Shown here: positions 51,009 to 63,871 of the stretch, in pieces
How positions within the stretch are numbered: position 1 is the first letter of the stretch
Layout: each line of letters begins with the position of its first letter
Assembly: GCF_036365525.1 (NCBI RefSeq)
Contig: NC_090399.1
Location: forward strand, 14,879,558 to 14,943,557
Origin: Heterodontus francisci
Taxonomy: Eukaryota
Length of the DNA stretch: 64,000 bases
Reading direction: 5' to 3'
Position numbers and translations under genes: made by a program
Notes under the pieces: model-generated
The model's database searches: none
The model's input: the letters and a program-made list of their open reading frames with translations, nothing else
What the model was told of the DNA's origin: nothing

Positions 51009-51347
51009 TGGGAGGTATGACCACCAGACACGTGGCATGCAGGCCCACTGGCATGTGGTTCCACCTTGGTGCCAAGAAACAGACACCCAGCTATGGTTAA
51101 ACAGTCATGTCTGGGGACAGTAGGAAGCTTTGGGAGTAAACTCCAGCAGAAAATCAAGAGTGGAGTCCCAGTATGAAGTTACCGGTTTCTTATCTAGCAG
51201 TTGTGGCAATTTCTGCAGCAGAGCTGGTACCAAACACTACGTTTTTTTCCCTTTTCGTTTGGACAATACTAGCAAAGCCTAGAGGTGGGGTTCTGATGCT
51301 TGAGCAATACGGGGTCTCCGTACTATTTGCCCAGGCCTGCACTCTGG

Positions 51348-51781
51348 GCCACATGGAAGATGGCAGGATCCCCAAAGACACATTGTACAGTGAGCTCGCC
51401 ACTGGTATCAGACCCACCGGCCGTCCATGTCTCCGTTATAAAGACGCCTGCAAACGCGACATGAAATCGTGTGACATTGATCACAAGTCGTGGGAGTCAG
51501 TTGCCAGCATTCGCCAGAGCTGGCGGGCAGCCATAAAGACAGGGCTAAATTGTGGCGAGTCGAAGAGACTTAGTAGTTGGCAGGAAAAAAGACAGAGGCG
51601 CAAGGGGAGAGCCAACTGTGCAACAGCCCCAACAAACAAATTTCTCTGCAGCACCTGTGGAAGAGCCTGTCACTCCAGAATTGGCCTTTATAGCCACTCC
51701 AGGCGCTGCTTCACAAACCACTGACCACCTCCAGGCGCGTATCCATTGTCTCTCGAGATAAGGAGGCCCAAAAGAAAGAAA
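51348..51781 (+). mobile_element. Young RTE 3' fragment
   Basis: TSD gcactctgg (51339-51347, 51782-51790); nearly identical to 43544-43990. Confidence 0.92.
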
Positions 51782-52804
51782 GCACTCTGGAGAGGGCACT
51801 CCAGCTTCATGATTGGCACAACAAGTTAGCAAACAGTTAAAAACATCAGTCAACCTCAGGCAAATTATATTCATCTGTGCCAGCTGTGGAAGGGATTGAC
51901 AGAGACAATTCAGCCTCCACAGCCACGACAACAATGTTCAACTCAGAAGTGACATACACCCTGGGCGCAGTCCATCATCTTCTGAGAGGGATGGATGCCT
52001 CCTACTACTACTGCTGCTACTGTCCTTCATAATAATTAACAGCTAATCGGTGCTGCATATTCACAGATGTTTATGTACCTCTGGACCTCAAAATGCTATT
52101 TTAATACATTGATGACGTTTGCTTCATTGAAACATGTTCCATTTAAAGGCAAATGCTCCCCGTAAACTCTAATCACCATCACATAACTGACAGGGAACTT
52201 TTTAATTTAACAAAGAAGTATGGCTGTTCTCCACAAATGAGTAGATATGGGGTTATTTTGCATTTTCCTTGTCACTTTTCTCGAATTATTTCAGGTACAG
52301 GTACAGCTGGGCATTGAAATGTTGCTCCGCTTTGTGCATTCACTGTGCACATCAAGCATTCTCATGTGAGGGGTAGCACAGCCTATGGTAGCGAGAGGCT
52401 TCCTCTACAGTTACCCAACAATGGGTCTTAACAATACTTGCGAAAGTAACCAAACTCTTTTAAAGTAATTGTTTTATGTATTGCAATGATGTTTTATGAT
52501 GTGATTTGGTACATTCACCTTCTTGTAATAATTATGGCCATTGCTCTGTATTTCTTATCATATTGCTTTTCGGTGAGGACACTGCTTGCAAGAGAGCCTC
52601 CTCAAAATACGGGAGATATTTTATCAGGCAACACAAAGGCACAGACGTGCACAGCATGCACAATCAGTAGCATAGATCAAAACCAAGCAAAACATAAGTG
52701 GCTAATATTAACCTGAACCATTGTAAAGTTCTGGTTGTAATGAATACTATGACATATACATCTTTAAGTAAATCAATATTAAAGTTAAATAACGGTTTAA
52801 TGAA

Positions 52805-53255
52805 TATTGCTGAAAATAGAGACATGTTGACAAAGTTTCTTGCCTTGCACTCATTGGAACAATCCACAAGAATACCAATGTAAGGGAAAACAACAACTTT
52901 ATACTGTGTGAAATGAGAGTGCTGATTGGTTGGCAAGTGAAATCTGATTGGTAGAGGCGTCGCCATGGAGAATGCACCAGTTTATGGTGACTGACAGTTA
53001 ACTGCCAAGCTTTGTTTGAAATTTAAACCAGGCAGATTGACTCTGATTGGTCAAGGCATTGCCCTGAGGAATGAACCAGCCAATGACTGTTACTATTTTG
53101 TTTACCTGACAAAGGCTCAATGTGTGTACATGTTCTTTCTGTCTGCAAAGAACAGGGCCCTGTGTATTTATACATGTAGCTTCCAGTACGTGCAAATGTA
53201 CCACACTGTGAGCCCGACTGACAATCTTAAATTGGTTGTCAGTGTAATTCTTAAT
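52805..53255 (-). mobile_element. Penelope-like element 3' end (family B)
   Basis: LEATCINTQGPVLCRQKEHV C-terminus plus terminal repeat; inverted paralogue of 53850-54268. Confidence 0.65.
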
Positions 53256-53849
53256 GATTCAAATGCTTTAACTGCAGGCAAAGAAACTCTGAAAATAAAA
53301 AAAAGTGCTGCAAAGAATATGGAATCAATGAATGTCTCAGTTGTACATCATCTTTAGGGCAGATAACCAAAAGCTTGGTCAAAGAGGTAGGTTTTGAAGT
53401 GCGTCTTAAAGAAGGAAAGAGACGTAGAAAGGCGGAGAGGTTTATGGAGGGAATTCCAGAGCTCAGGGCCTAGGTAGCTGTAGGCTGCTTCCTGGAACAA
53501 AGTGTCAGGTAACTCTGCCCCTCCCTGATAACCTGCAGTTTGTGCAGCTCGGACTCCAGCCAAACAAATCTGAGCCAAATTTCTTCGAGTTGCAGACACT
53601 GCAGATGTGGTTGCTTGGGATCTTGCTGGTCTCTACAAACTCCCCTAAACTCTCCAACAATTCCCAAAAGGAAGTGATCAGTGGCTAATAAGTAATAGAT
53701 CTTATTTCAGTAATCATCTGACAATTCATCCTACATTTCCGTTTTGATGGAAATATTCTTATTGTTTCTGTTTCACATGCTGATTATCCTGCTCGTCATT
53801 AAAAGCTTTTTTTCTTTAGTTTTTATTTCATGAATGCATTCATCAGTGA

Positions 53850-54268
53850 GAATGTCTCACATTAGATGTGATTCTATGATTAGACAGCAATTACTGAAGA
53901 ATCCTGAGTGTGCTAAGAATTACACTAACAACCAATTGAAGATTATCAGTGGGGCTCACAATGTGGCTCACTTACACTTGCTGGATGCTACATATATTCA
54001 TATGCAGGGACCTGTCCACTGCAGGCAAAAAGAACATATCCAGGCATTGCACCTTTTTTAATTAAACAAAAGTGCAGAGGACAATAATTTCCTGGTGCAT
54101 TCCCCATGGCAATGACCCAACCGATCATAGTCAACTTGCCAACCAATCAGCACCCTTTTCTCCAGCAGTATAAATAGTTTCTCCCTTTGAAATTTGGCAT
54201 TCTCGTATTTGTCCTGATGTGTGCAAGAAGAAAAGCTTCAACACCATGTCTTTTTTTCTGCAATACTA
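53850..54268 (+). mobile_element. Penelope-like element 3' end (family B) with degenerate hammerhead
   Basis: NPECAKNY...LLDATYIHMQGPVHCRQKEHIQALHLF*, then CCAATCAG, TATAAATA and gtcCTGATGtgtgcaagaaGAAAagcttc. Confidence 0.65.
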
Positions 54269-54463
54269 AAGTGCGAATCGTAACCTTGTCAAAATAAACT
54301 CTTTAAATTTGGGGCAACTACTGTCAACGTCAAGCCCTCCGAGATCGGAGAACTCACTTGTTGTTAGCAGTAGAAAGCTAATTTAATGTGCCCCAATAAT
54401 TTTCCTCACTCCAAAACTGAGACAAGGAGTTTCGCCTCCATTCAAAATTTGCCTGAATTTATT

Positions 54464-56968
54464 AGCCTGGCTCAGTTAGTAGTAGTCTCGCTTTTGAGTC
54501 ATAAAGTTGTGAGTTCAAGTCCCATTGCAGGGTCTTGTGTATATAATCTAGGCTTAAACTCCTAGTGCAGTACTGAGGAGATGTCGGAGGTGCCATCCTT
54601 GAACTGAAACGTTAAAACCCATCTGCCCTCTCAGGTGAACGTAAAAGATCCAATTGTGCTATTTCAACGAAGAGTAGGTGAGTTCTCTCTGATGTCCCCA
54701 TCAATACTTACCTTCTTCTTTGGCCTCCTTGTCTCGAGAGACAATGGGTAAGCACCTGGAGGTGGTCAGTGGTTTGTGAAGCAGTGCCTGGAGTGGCTAT
54801 AAAGGCCAATTCTAGAGTGACAGACTCTTCCACAGGTGCTACAGATAAAATTGGTTGTCGGGGCTATTACACAGTTGGCTCTCTCCTTGCGCTTCTGTCT
54901 TTTTTCCTGCCAACTGCTAAGTCTCTTCGACTCGCCACACTTTAGCCCCGCCTTTATGGCTGTCCGCCAGCTCTGGCGATCGCTGGCAACTGACTCCCAC
55001 AACTTGTGGTCAATGTCACAGGGCTTCATGTCGCGTTTGCAGACGTCTTTAAAGCAGAGACATGGACGGCCGGTGGGTCTGAAACCAGTGACGAGCTCGC
55101 TGTACGATGTGTCCTTGGTGATGCTGGCATCTTCCATGCAGCTTACATGGCCAAGCCATCTCAAACGCCGTTGACTGAGTAGGGTGGATATGCTGGGGAT
55201 GTTGGCTGCCTCGAGGACTTCTGTGTTGGAGATACGGTCCTGCCACCTGAAGCCAAGTATTCTCTGGAGGCAGCGAAGATGGAATGAGTTGAGACGTTGC
55301 TCTTGGCTGCCTTACATTGTCCAGGCCTCGCTGCCGTAGAGAAAGGTACTGAGGACACAGGCTTGAAACACTCAGACTTTTGTGTGGCATTTTCCCATAC
55401 CCTCTTGGCCAGTCTGGACATAGCAGTGAAAGCCTTTCCCATGCGCTTGTTAATTTCTGCACCAAGAGACAGGTTACTGGTGATAGTTGAGCCTAGGTCA
55501 GTGAACTCTTGAACTACTTCCAGAGCGTGGTCGCCGATATTGATATTTGGAGCATTTCCGATGTCCTGTTCCATGATATTCGTTTTCTTGAGGCTGATTT
55601 TTAGGCCAAATTCATTGCAGGCAGCCACAATCCTGTCGATGAGTCTCTGCAGACATTCTTCAGTGTGAGATGTTAATGCAGCATCGTCAACAAAGAGGAG
55701 TTCCCTGATGAGGACCTTCCATACTTTGGTCTTCGCTCTAAGATGGGCAAGGTTGAACAACCTGCCATCTGATCTTGTGTAGAGGAAAATTCCTCCTTCT
55801 GAAGACTTGAATGCCTATGAGAGCAGCAGGGAGAAGAAGATCCCAAACAGTGTAGGTGTGAGAACACAGCCCTGTTTCACACCACTCAGGATAGGAAAGG
55901 GGTCTGATGAGGCACGGTTATGCTGGGTTATGCCTTTCATATTGTCATGGAATGAGGTGATGATACTTAGTAGCTTTGGTGGACATCTGATCTTTGCTAG
56001 TAGTCTGAAGAGACCACGTCTGCTGATGAGGTCAAAGGCTTTGGTGAGATCTATGAAAGCAAGGTAGAGGGGCATCTGTTGTTCGCGGCATTTCTCCTGT
56101 AGCTGGCGAAGGGAGAACAGCATGTCAATATTGGATCTCTCTGCTCAAAAGCCACACTGTGCCTCAGGGTAGACATGCTCAGCCAGCTTCTGGAGCCTGT
56201 TTAAAAGCAACTCGAGTGAAGACTTTCCCCACTATGCTGAGCAGGGAGATTCCACGGTAGTTGTTGCAGTCACCGTGGTCACCCTTGTTCTTATAGAGGG
56301 TGATGATATTGGCATCGCACATGTCCTGTGATACTGCTCCCTCATCCCAGCACAGACAAAGCAGTTCATGGAGTGCTGAAAGTATAGCAGGCTTGGCACT
56401 CTTGATTATTTCAGGGGTGATGCAATCCTTCCCAGGGGCTTTTCCGCTGGCTAGAGAATCAATGGTATCACTGAGTTCTGATTTTGTTGGCTGTTCGTCC
56501 AGATCATCCATGACTGGCAGAGACTGGGCTGCATTGAGAGCGGTCTCACTGACAACATTTCCCCTGGAGTACAGTTCCAGGTAGTGCTCCACCCAGCGGT
56601 CCATTTGCTTGCGTTGGTCAGTGATCGTGTCCCCTGATTTAGAATTGGGGTGGGGGGCAATCTTCCTGATGGTTGGCCCATCAATACTCATCACTTAACC
56701 AATATTGCTAAAGCCAATAATTTTTTTAAATTTTCTTGGGATCTTGCTGTTGCTGGCTAGGCCTGCATTTATTGCCCATTCTCTAATTGCCCGTGAGAAT
56801 CTGCTCATTATTACAATGCTGCTTCTGCAACGTTGCAGCCAGAAAACTGGCTGTCGTGTTTCCTGCATTACAACAGTGAATGCACCTCAAAACAAAAGTT
56901 CTTAATTGGCGGTAAAGCACTTTCCGACGTCCCTGAGGTCGCGAAGGCGCTATAAAAACGCACGACTT
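54464..56968 (+). mobile_element. SacSINE1/DeuSINE-like SINE split by an RTE insertion (54464-54711 and 56677-56968)
   Basis: tggctcagtt A box, gttcaagtcc B box, Deu-like core cagtactgagg...tgtcggaggtgcc, tail ggcgctataaaaacgca. Confidence 0.65.
54712..56680 (-). mobile_element. RTE-BovB-like LINE, 5'-truncated
   Basis: RT fragments (FIDLTKAFD, GVKQGC), zinc knuckle; TSD cccatcaatact. Confidence 0.92.
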
Positions 56969-57991
56969 TGTCACTTGTCACCCCCGGGGTCAGTGTGACA
57001 GTTCCATTTGTCATGTCAGTAACTCCATCCCGCTATGAGCCAGATATCAATCAGCTCTTAAATACCAGCTTAGTTGGAACAAAAGTGAAACCAGTTGAAC
57101 TCATTTTCTTGACGAACATCACCATAATGGGGAAACATTGGTTCCCATCTTTGCGCACCGGATTTACCACATTAGGAGACTTTTTTGTTATAAAAAGTAA
57201 TAAAAACCTACATTTTTAAATTAACCGCATCACATTAACTACATTTAGATGTCAACTTCTTCATATTATTTATGGCCGCATTTGCACCGTTCAATGGAGT
57301 GAGGCCAGTCAAAATTCAGAGAGTCATTCGCACGCTGGTTATCTGGAGGGCACAGATCCGCATTTCATATTGCACTAGTCATTTCTAACTTACCCCTCAA
57401 TCCCCTCCCCCCCTCCACAAACTGCTCCTTCGAACACGTCAAGGTGATTTGATGACGATATTCCCTGTGGGACTGCGGCATCCGCTTTCTGAAGCTTTCC
57501 ATTTGACTGGCTTGAAAGTCATTGGTTCACAATGTAGCAGATGGTGTCCAAACATTTTTCAGTGTGAATAATCCTAAAGGGGTGGGAGGATGGATACAGA
57601 ACGTTCTGGACATAGTATCTGACCATAGGTGAGTGACAGATTATCACTACCTTTTTACCTCTGCGTGGAAGGTAATTCCATTCAGTCGGTGAATTATGCG
57701 CCTATAGCCTCAATTAATATGATTGATATAAGTTGAAAATAACTGAGATGGAAAGTTACCTATGACACCCCGGAGAAATTTGGAATGTAAGTATCAGTAC
57801 CTGGCGAGTTCTGTTCCACTCGCTTTTGATCATAAAACTCAATGCTTGGTGAAATTGGGCTTAACTGCATTTATATTACCTAATGCGTTAGGAATAATAT
57901 TTTGTAAGAAGCATGTATATTTTAAAATAATTCTTATTGTATCATACAGTAAAAGAGCAATCAGTGGGTGAGCATTTGAAGCTTTAAGCAT

Positions 57992-58303
57992 CGAGTCATA
58001 GAGAAATGCAGTACTGAAACAGGCCCTTCAGCCCACCGAGTCTGTGCCAACCACCAACCGTTTATACTAATCCTAAATTAATCCCATGTCCCTACCACAT
58101 CCCCACAATTCTCCTACCACCTACCTACACTAGGGGCAATTTACAATGGCCAATTTACCTATTAACCTGCAAGTCTTTGCCAGTGGGAGGAAACCAGACC
58201 CACACAGCCAAAGGAAGAACTTGCAAACTTTGTACAGGCAGTACCCAGAACTGAACCCAGATTACTGGAGCTGTGAGGCTGTAGTGCTAACCACTGCGCC
58301 ACC
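57992..58303 (-). mobile_element. V-SINE (HE1-like), 5'-truncated/deleted
   Basis: Same family as 39482. Confidence 0.8.
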
Positions 58304-58482
58304 CTTAGTTCCCATGGCTATTTTAATGTAGTTTTATTTCCTTTCTGCGTTACAATAGGGAACGACATCTCAAACATCCAAACAGCTTCAATATAATTGC
58401 AATAGTAGAATAAATGGGTTAGAAGCAAGCAAATGGGCAGAGGGAAAGATGTTGTTTAGACATGAGTGCTGAGGGAGATGAA

Positions 58483-59828
58483 GGAGGAGATTTGTAAGGA
58501 ACTGACAGTCGTCATGTGGAAGGCAGTGGACACAGGAACATTAAAAACAAGACAATGTTGTGTCCATATTCACAGACACAGACATTGACACCTATAGACC
58601 CATTGCTCATTCTTTTATTACATGTAAGATAATGAAAGCGATAATCAGGAGCAAAGGCGAGGATCGTTTGTACAATGACCAACTATTCAACAGGAAGTAA
58701 CATTGATTCAGAAGGGAAAAAATCATAACTGACCAAACTCTTCAAACCATCTGAGGTACTGAGAGGCCAACAGGACGATGACTAACTCTATTATGTCTTC
58801 ACCTGGACTCCCAAACAACCTTTGATAAAATCCAGTGCTAAAAGTAGTTAAATAAAATCAAAGCTGGAGTTTCAGGATACGTCCTGGGAGCATTTCAGCT
58901 ATGAAGAGAGACTGAAAAGGCTAGGGTTGTTTTCCTTAGAAGGCTGAGGGGGACATGATTGAGGCATACAAAATTATGAGGGGCATTGATAGGTTAGATA
59001 GGAAGAAATGTTTTACCCTTAGCGGAGGGGTCAATAACCAGGGGCATAGATGTGAGGTAAGGGGCAGGAGGTTTAGAGGGGACTTGAGGAAAAGAATTTC
59101 ACCCAGAGGGTGGTTGGAATCTGGAACACACTGCCTGAAGAGGTGGTTGAGGCAGGAACCCTCACAACATTTAAGAAGTATTTAGATGAGCACTTGAAAT
59201 GCCATAGCATACAAGGCTATGGGCCAAGTGCTGGAAAATGGGATTAGAATAGATAGGTGCTTGATGGCCAGCACAGACACGCTGGGCTGAAGGGCCTGTT
59301 TCTGTGCAGTATAACTCTATGACTCTATGAATAGGGAAAATGCGGTAGATTTTAAACTTGAACATCGGTAATAAAGTGGGCCTTGTGGATTGGCCGTCTG
59401 CGATGGGCCAAATGACCTCCTGCTGTTCTGTGTCATTTCATGATAAAATAAGTGAGGAAATCATTGTTGATTTTCCAGGTACCAATCAAATCACTTAAGT
59501 GATCACTTACAAACTGCATTCCACATTCTGTCCTTGGAAATTCCATGTGCTCACATTCCTCACTTGCTCATTCAAACACTCATTCGTTTTTATTGTTGTT
59601 CCCTCGATATTTGCCAATTTATTTATTGATTGACTATCAAGGTGGAAAACTTTGTTGCGGTGTTTAAATGGTTTCTTTTTATCTCTTTTTGTAGTTCTGT
59701 TTGACATTTTCTTTGAGTACAAAATAACGACCATTTGGCTTCTATGGGATCTAATTTTCCTTTCAGATTTCTGCCTTATTGAATGACATGTCTAGGTATT
59801 TATCATTCTAATTTCAAATTAAACAATC
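58483..59828 (+). repeat. Local duplication, copy B
   Basis: Colinear with 43485-45075; resumes briefly at 63328-63346 after the RTE. Confidence 0.9.
58888..59326 (+). mobile_element. CR1 3' fragment private to duplication copy B
   Basis: Absent from copy A (gtcctggga|atgaatagg). Confidence 0.85.
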
Positions 59829-62800
59829 TTCTTCTTTGGCCTCCTTGTCTCGAGAGACAATGGGTAAGCGCCTAGGGGTGGTCAGTGGTTTGTGGAGCAG
59901 TGCCTGGAGTGGCTATAAAGGCCAATTCTAGAGTGACAGACTCTTCCACAGGTGCTGCAAATAAAATTGGTTGTCGGGGCTGTTACACAGTTGGCTGTCC
60001 CCTTGCGCTTCTGTCTTTTTCCCTGCCAACTGCTAAGTCTCTTCAACTCGCCACACTTTAGCCCCGCCTTTATGGCTGTCCGCCAGCTCTGGCGATCACT
60101 GGCAACTGACTCCCACAATTTGTGGTCAATGTCACAGGACGTCATGTTGTGTTTGCAGACGTCTTTAAAGTGGAGACATGGACGGCCGGTGGGTCTGAAA
60201 CCAGTGACGAGCTCGCTGTACAATGCATCCTTGGGGGTCCTGCCATCTTCCATGCGGCTCACATGGCCAAGCCATCTCAAGCGCCGCTGGCTAAGTAGGG
60301 TGTATACCCTGGGGATGTTGGCTATCTTGAGAACTTTTGCATTGGAGATACGGTCCTGCCACCTGATGCCAAGGATTCTCCGGAGGCAGCGAAGAGGGAA
60401 TGAGTTGAGACATCGCTCTTGGCTGACGTACGTTGTCCAGGCCTCGCAGCCGTAGAGCAAGGTACTGAGGACACAGGCTTGATACACTCGGACTTTTGTG
60501 TTCCGTGTCAGTGTGCCATTTTCCCACACCCTCGTGACCAGTCTGGACACAGCAGCGGACGCCTTTCCCATGCATTTGTTGATTTCTGCATCGAGAGACA
60601 TGTTACTGGTGATAGTTGAGCCTAGGTAGGTGAACTCTTGAACCACTTCCAGAGCGTGGTCGCCGATATTCATGGATGGAGCATTTCTGACGTCTTGTCC
60701 CATGATGTTCGTTTTCTTAAGGCTGATGGTTAGGCCAAATTTGTTGCAAGCAGCCACAATCCTGTCAGTGAGTCTCTGCAGACACTTTTCTGTGTGGGAT
60801 GTTAATGCAGCATCATCAGCAAAGAGGAGTTCCCTGATGAGGACCTTCTGTACTTTGATCTTTGCTCTAAGATGGGTCATCAGATCTGGTATGGAGGAAA
60901 ATTCCTTCTTCTGAAGACTTGAACGCATGTGAGAGCAGCAGGGAGAAGAAGATCCCAAACAGTGTAGGTGCGAGAACACATCCCTGTTTCACATCACTCA
61001 GGATAGGAAAGGGGCCTAATGAGGCACCGCTATGCTGAATTGTGCCTTTTATATTGTCATGGAATGAGGTGATGATACTTAGCAGCTTTAGTGGGCATCC
61101 AATCTTTGCTAGCAGTCTGAAGAGATCACTTCTGCTGACGAGGTCAAAGACTTTGGTGAAATCTATAAAAGCAATGTAGAGGGGCATCTGTTGTTCATGG
61201 CATTTCTCCTGTCGCTGGCAAAGGGAGAACAGCATGTCAATGGTGGATCTCTCTGCTTGAACGCCACACTGTGCCACAGGGTAGACATGCTCAGCCAGCT
61301 TTTGGAGTCTGTTTAAAATAACTTGAGCGAAGACTTTCCCCACTATGCTGAGCAGGGAGATTCCACGGTAGTTGTTGCAGTCACCCTTGTTCTTATAGAG
61401 GGTGATGATATTGGCATCGCGCATGTCCTGTGGTACTGCTCCCTTGTCCCAGCACAGGCAAAGCAGTTCATGGAGTGCTGAGAGTATAGCAGGCTTGGCA
61501 CTCTTGATTATTTCCAGGGTAATGCCATCCTTTCCAGAGGCTTTTCCACTGGCTAGAGAATAAATGGCATCACTGAGTTTCAATTTTGTTGGCTGTTTGT
61601 CCAGCTCGTCCATGACTGGCAGAGACTGGGCTGCATTGAGGGCGGTATCAGTGACAACATTTTCCCTGTAGTACAGTTCTAGGTAGTGCTGCACCAGCGG
61701 TCCATTTGCTTGCGTTGGTCAGTCATCATGTCTCCTGATTTAGACTTGAGGGGGGTGATCTTCTTGATGGTTGTCCAAAAGCTCTCTTAATGACAGGTTC
61801 CAGCTCTTCAAAGTGAGATTGAAACTAGTCTGCATTCTGTTTCTCACATTTGCTAAAGGTGGTCATTGCTGAGTCATGGATGGCATCTCTGATGTGGGCC
61901 CACTTGGTCTCTGCATCCCCTGTAGGAGTGTTTTGAAGGGCTTTTTCAAGTGAAATTTGAAACCTATGTAACAGATGTGGATAAGAAATTCTGTTAGTCT
62001 TGATGTGTGGGCGGCCCTCCTGCTTGGAGTGATGCAGCTTCTTTGGTTTGAGTCTAACCTTGCTGCACACCAGTGGTCGGGTGGTCAGTGTCGCAGTCTG
62101 CACTGTGGAAACTGCGTGTGATTTGGACACTGTTTATAGAGGTTCGCCTTGTGACGATGAGGTCCAGCTGCTGCCAACGACGTGATCTTGGGTGCCTCCA
62201 AGAAACCTGGTGACAGGGTTTAGTATGAAAGAACGAGTTGGTGATGCAGAGGTTGTGATAGGTACACAACTCAAGCAGTCTCTGTCCATTCTCATTCATC
62301 CTTCCAATGCCATAGCGCCCAAGGCAGGAGGGCCATGAGTCATGGTCGGCCCCAACCCTGGCATTAAAGTCTCCCAGCAGGAGCAATGTTCGGTATTAGG
62401 AATGCTAATAATGATATTATGGAGTTCCTTATCAAACTGGTCTTTAACTTCATGTGGGGAGCAGAGTGTTGGAGCATAGATGCTGAGTAGGTGTACTGGA
62501 CCAGAGACGGTGAGCAGTCGGATGGACAGTATGCATTCCGAGCCATTTGAAGGTGGCTCTATCATGCTGAGCAAAGAGTTTCTGATGGCGAAGCCCACTC
62601 CATGCTGTCTTGGTTCTTCAGGATCCCTACCCTGCCAGAAGAAGGTGTAGTCTTGCTCTCTTAGAGATCCGCTCACAGGGAGGCGAGTCTCCTGAACTGC
62701 TGCAATTTCGACATTGAGTCTACTGAGCTCGTTGTTAATAATGGCAGTCTTCCGAGAGTCGTTGAATTGTGTAAGGTCTTCCGACAGGCCAGAACACATA

Positions 62801-63327
62801 GTTCTGACGTTCCAGCTTGCAAAACGAAGCGCTTCTTTCCTTTTTTGTCGTTTGGTTCAGCGTTACAGTCCACTTGTCGGGCAATGACCCTGAGCTCCAA
62901 GCACCCTGAAGCAGATGGACTGTGGTGGGACAGAAGCTTTCTGACTGGGGGCTGCCCAGTTTGAGGAGGGTGGTAGCTGTCCAGTGAGATGCGATGACCT
63001 CTCCTACCAACAAAGGCAACCTGTGGTGCCCAATCTTTACACCAGTTGAGCTGGACATATAACCTGTAACTGCTGCCTTCGGTGTTGTTTTGGTCGCTGT
63101 GAGGCAACTATGGACTGACCTCTCCATGGTGCATGCCTGGGTGGATGTATAGAGGTTGTGAGTTGCCCACGCGTCAAACCCCCCCCCCCCCCCCCCTCTC
63201 GGCCTTCGTAGTGGGGTCCAAAGGAGTGCAGAGCACAACGAATGGCACCGGTATGGCTGCAGGAACTGCTAGAAACATGCCAAAGGTGACACATTAAGGG
63301 TTCTGCTCTGGATTTTCTGTAGGATTT
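59829..63327 (-). mobile_element. Near-full-length RTE-BovB-like LINE (5' UTR, EN, RT, zinc knuckle), disrupted
   Basis: AAVQETRL, LLGDFNARVG, LFADD, CSTCGRVCHSRIGLYSH; acaat on both flanks. Confidence 0.93.
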
Positions 63328-63871
63328 ACAATACAGGAACAAAAAGGATTAATGTTTGTATACGGGAGGAGTCTCAGCTGGCTTGTAGCGATGATATTTG
63401 TAGGTCTACCGACGTTCTTTAGAATTGGGAACGTGAGTGTGTGTTAATGGATGGAGATGATTGCGCACCTAAGAATCTCCTGAGGGCTCACAGTAGATAA
63501 GGAAATGAAGTCGTGAAGGACAGTGAAGAGTGTTATCATGTAAGGCTTGTACTTTTATTTCTCTATGATATATTACAATTAGAATGAAGGTTTTTTGAAA
63601 ATAATGTTTGTGATTCCCAGATCACTGTGAAGCAATGAAACCCGCTGCCCTGCTGTGGACCTGGATGCTACTCTTTAGTAAGCTATTTGTTTTCTTACTA
63701 CACTTCACTGTTGTGTAGTCTGAGAAAGTTAAGTAACTGGTGGTCTTGAAGTATATGGGGAAATGGAAACAAATTTGGCATAATGATGTTATCCCAGCTG
63801 TTGTAGTAGCCCATACAAGGAAGAATGATGTCACTTTGAACATCTAATTGCCACGAGCATTTGTCTTACAG

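Noticed and set aside
51173-51724. 183-aa ORF with signal-like N-terminus
   Set aside because: Chance in-frame fusion of flank to an RTE C-terminus; the junction coincides with the TSD
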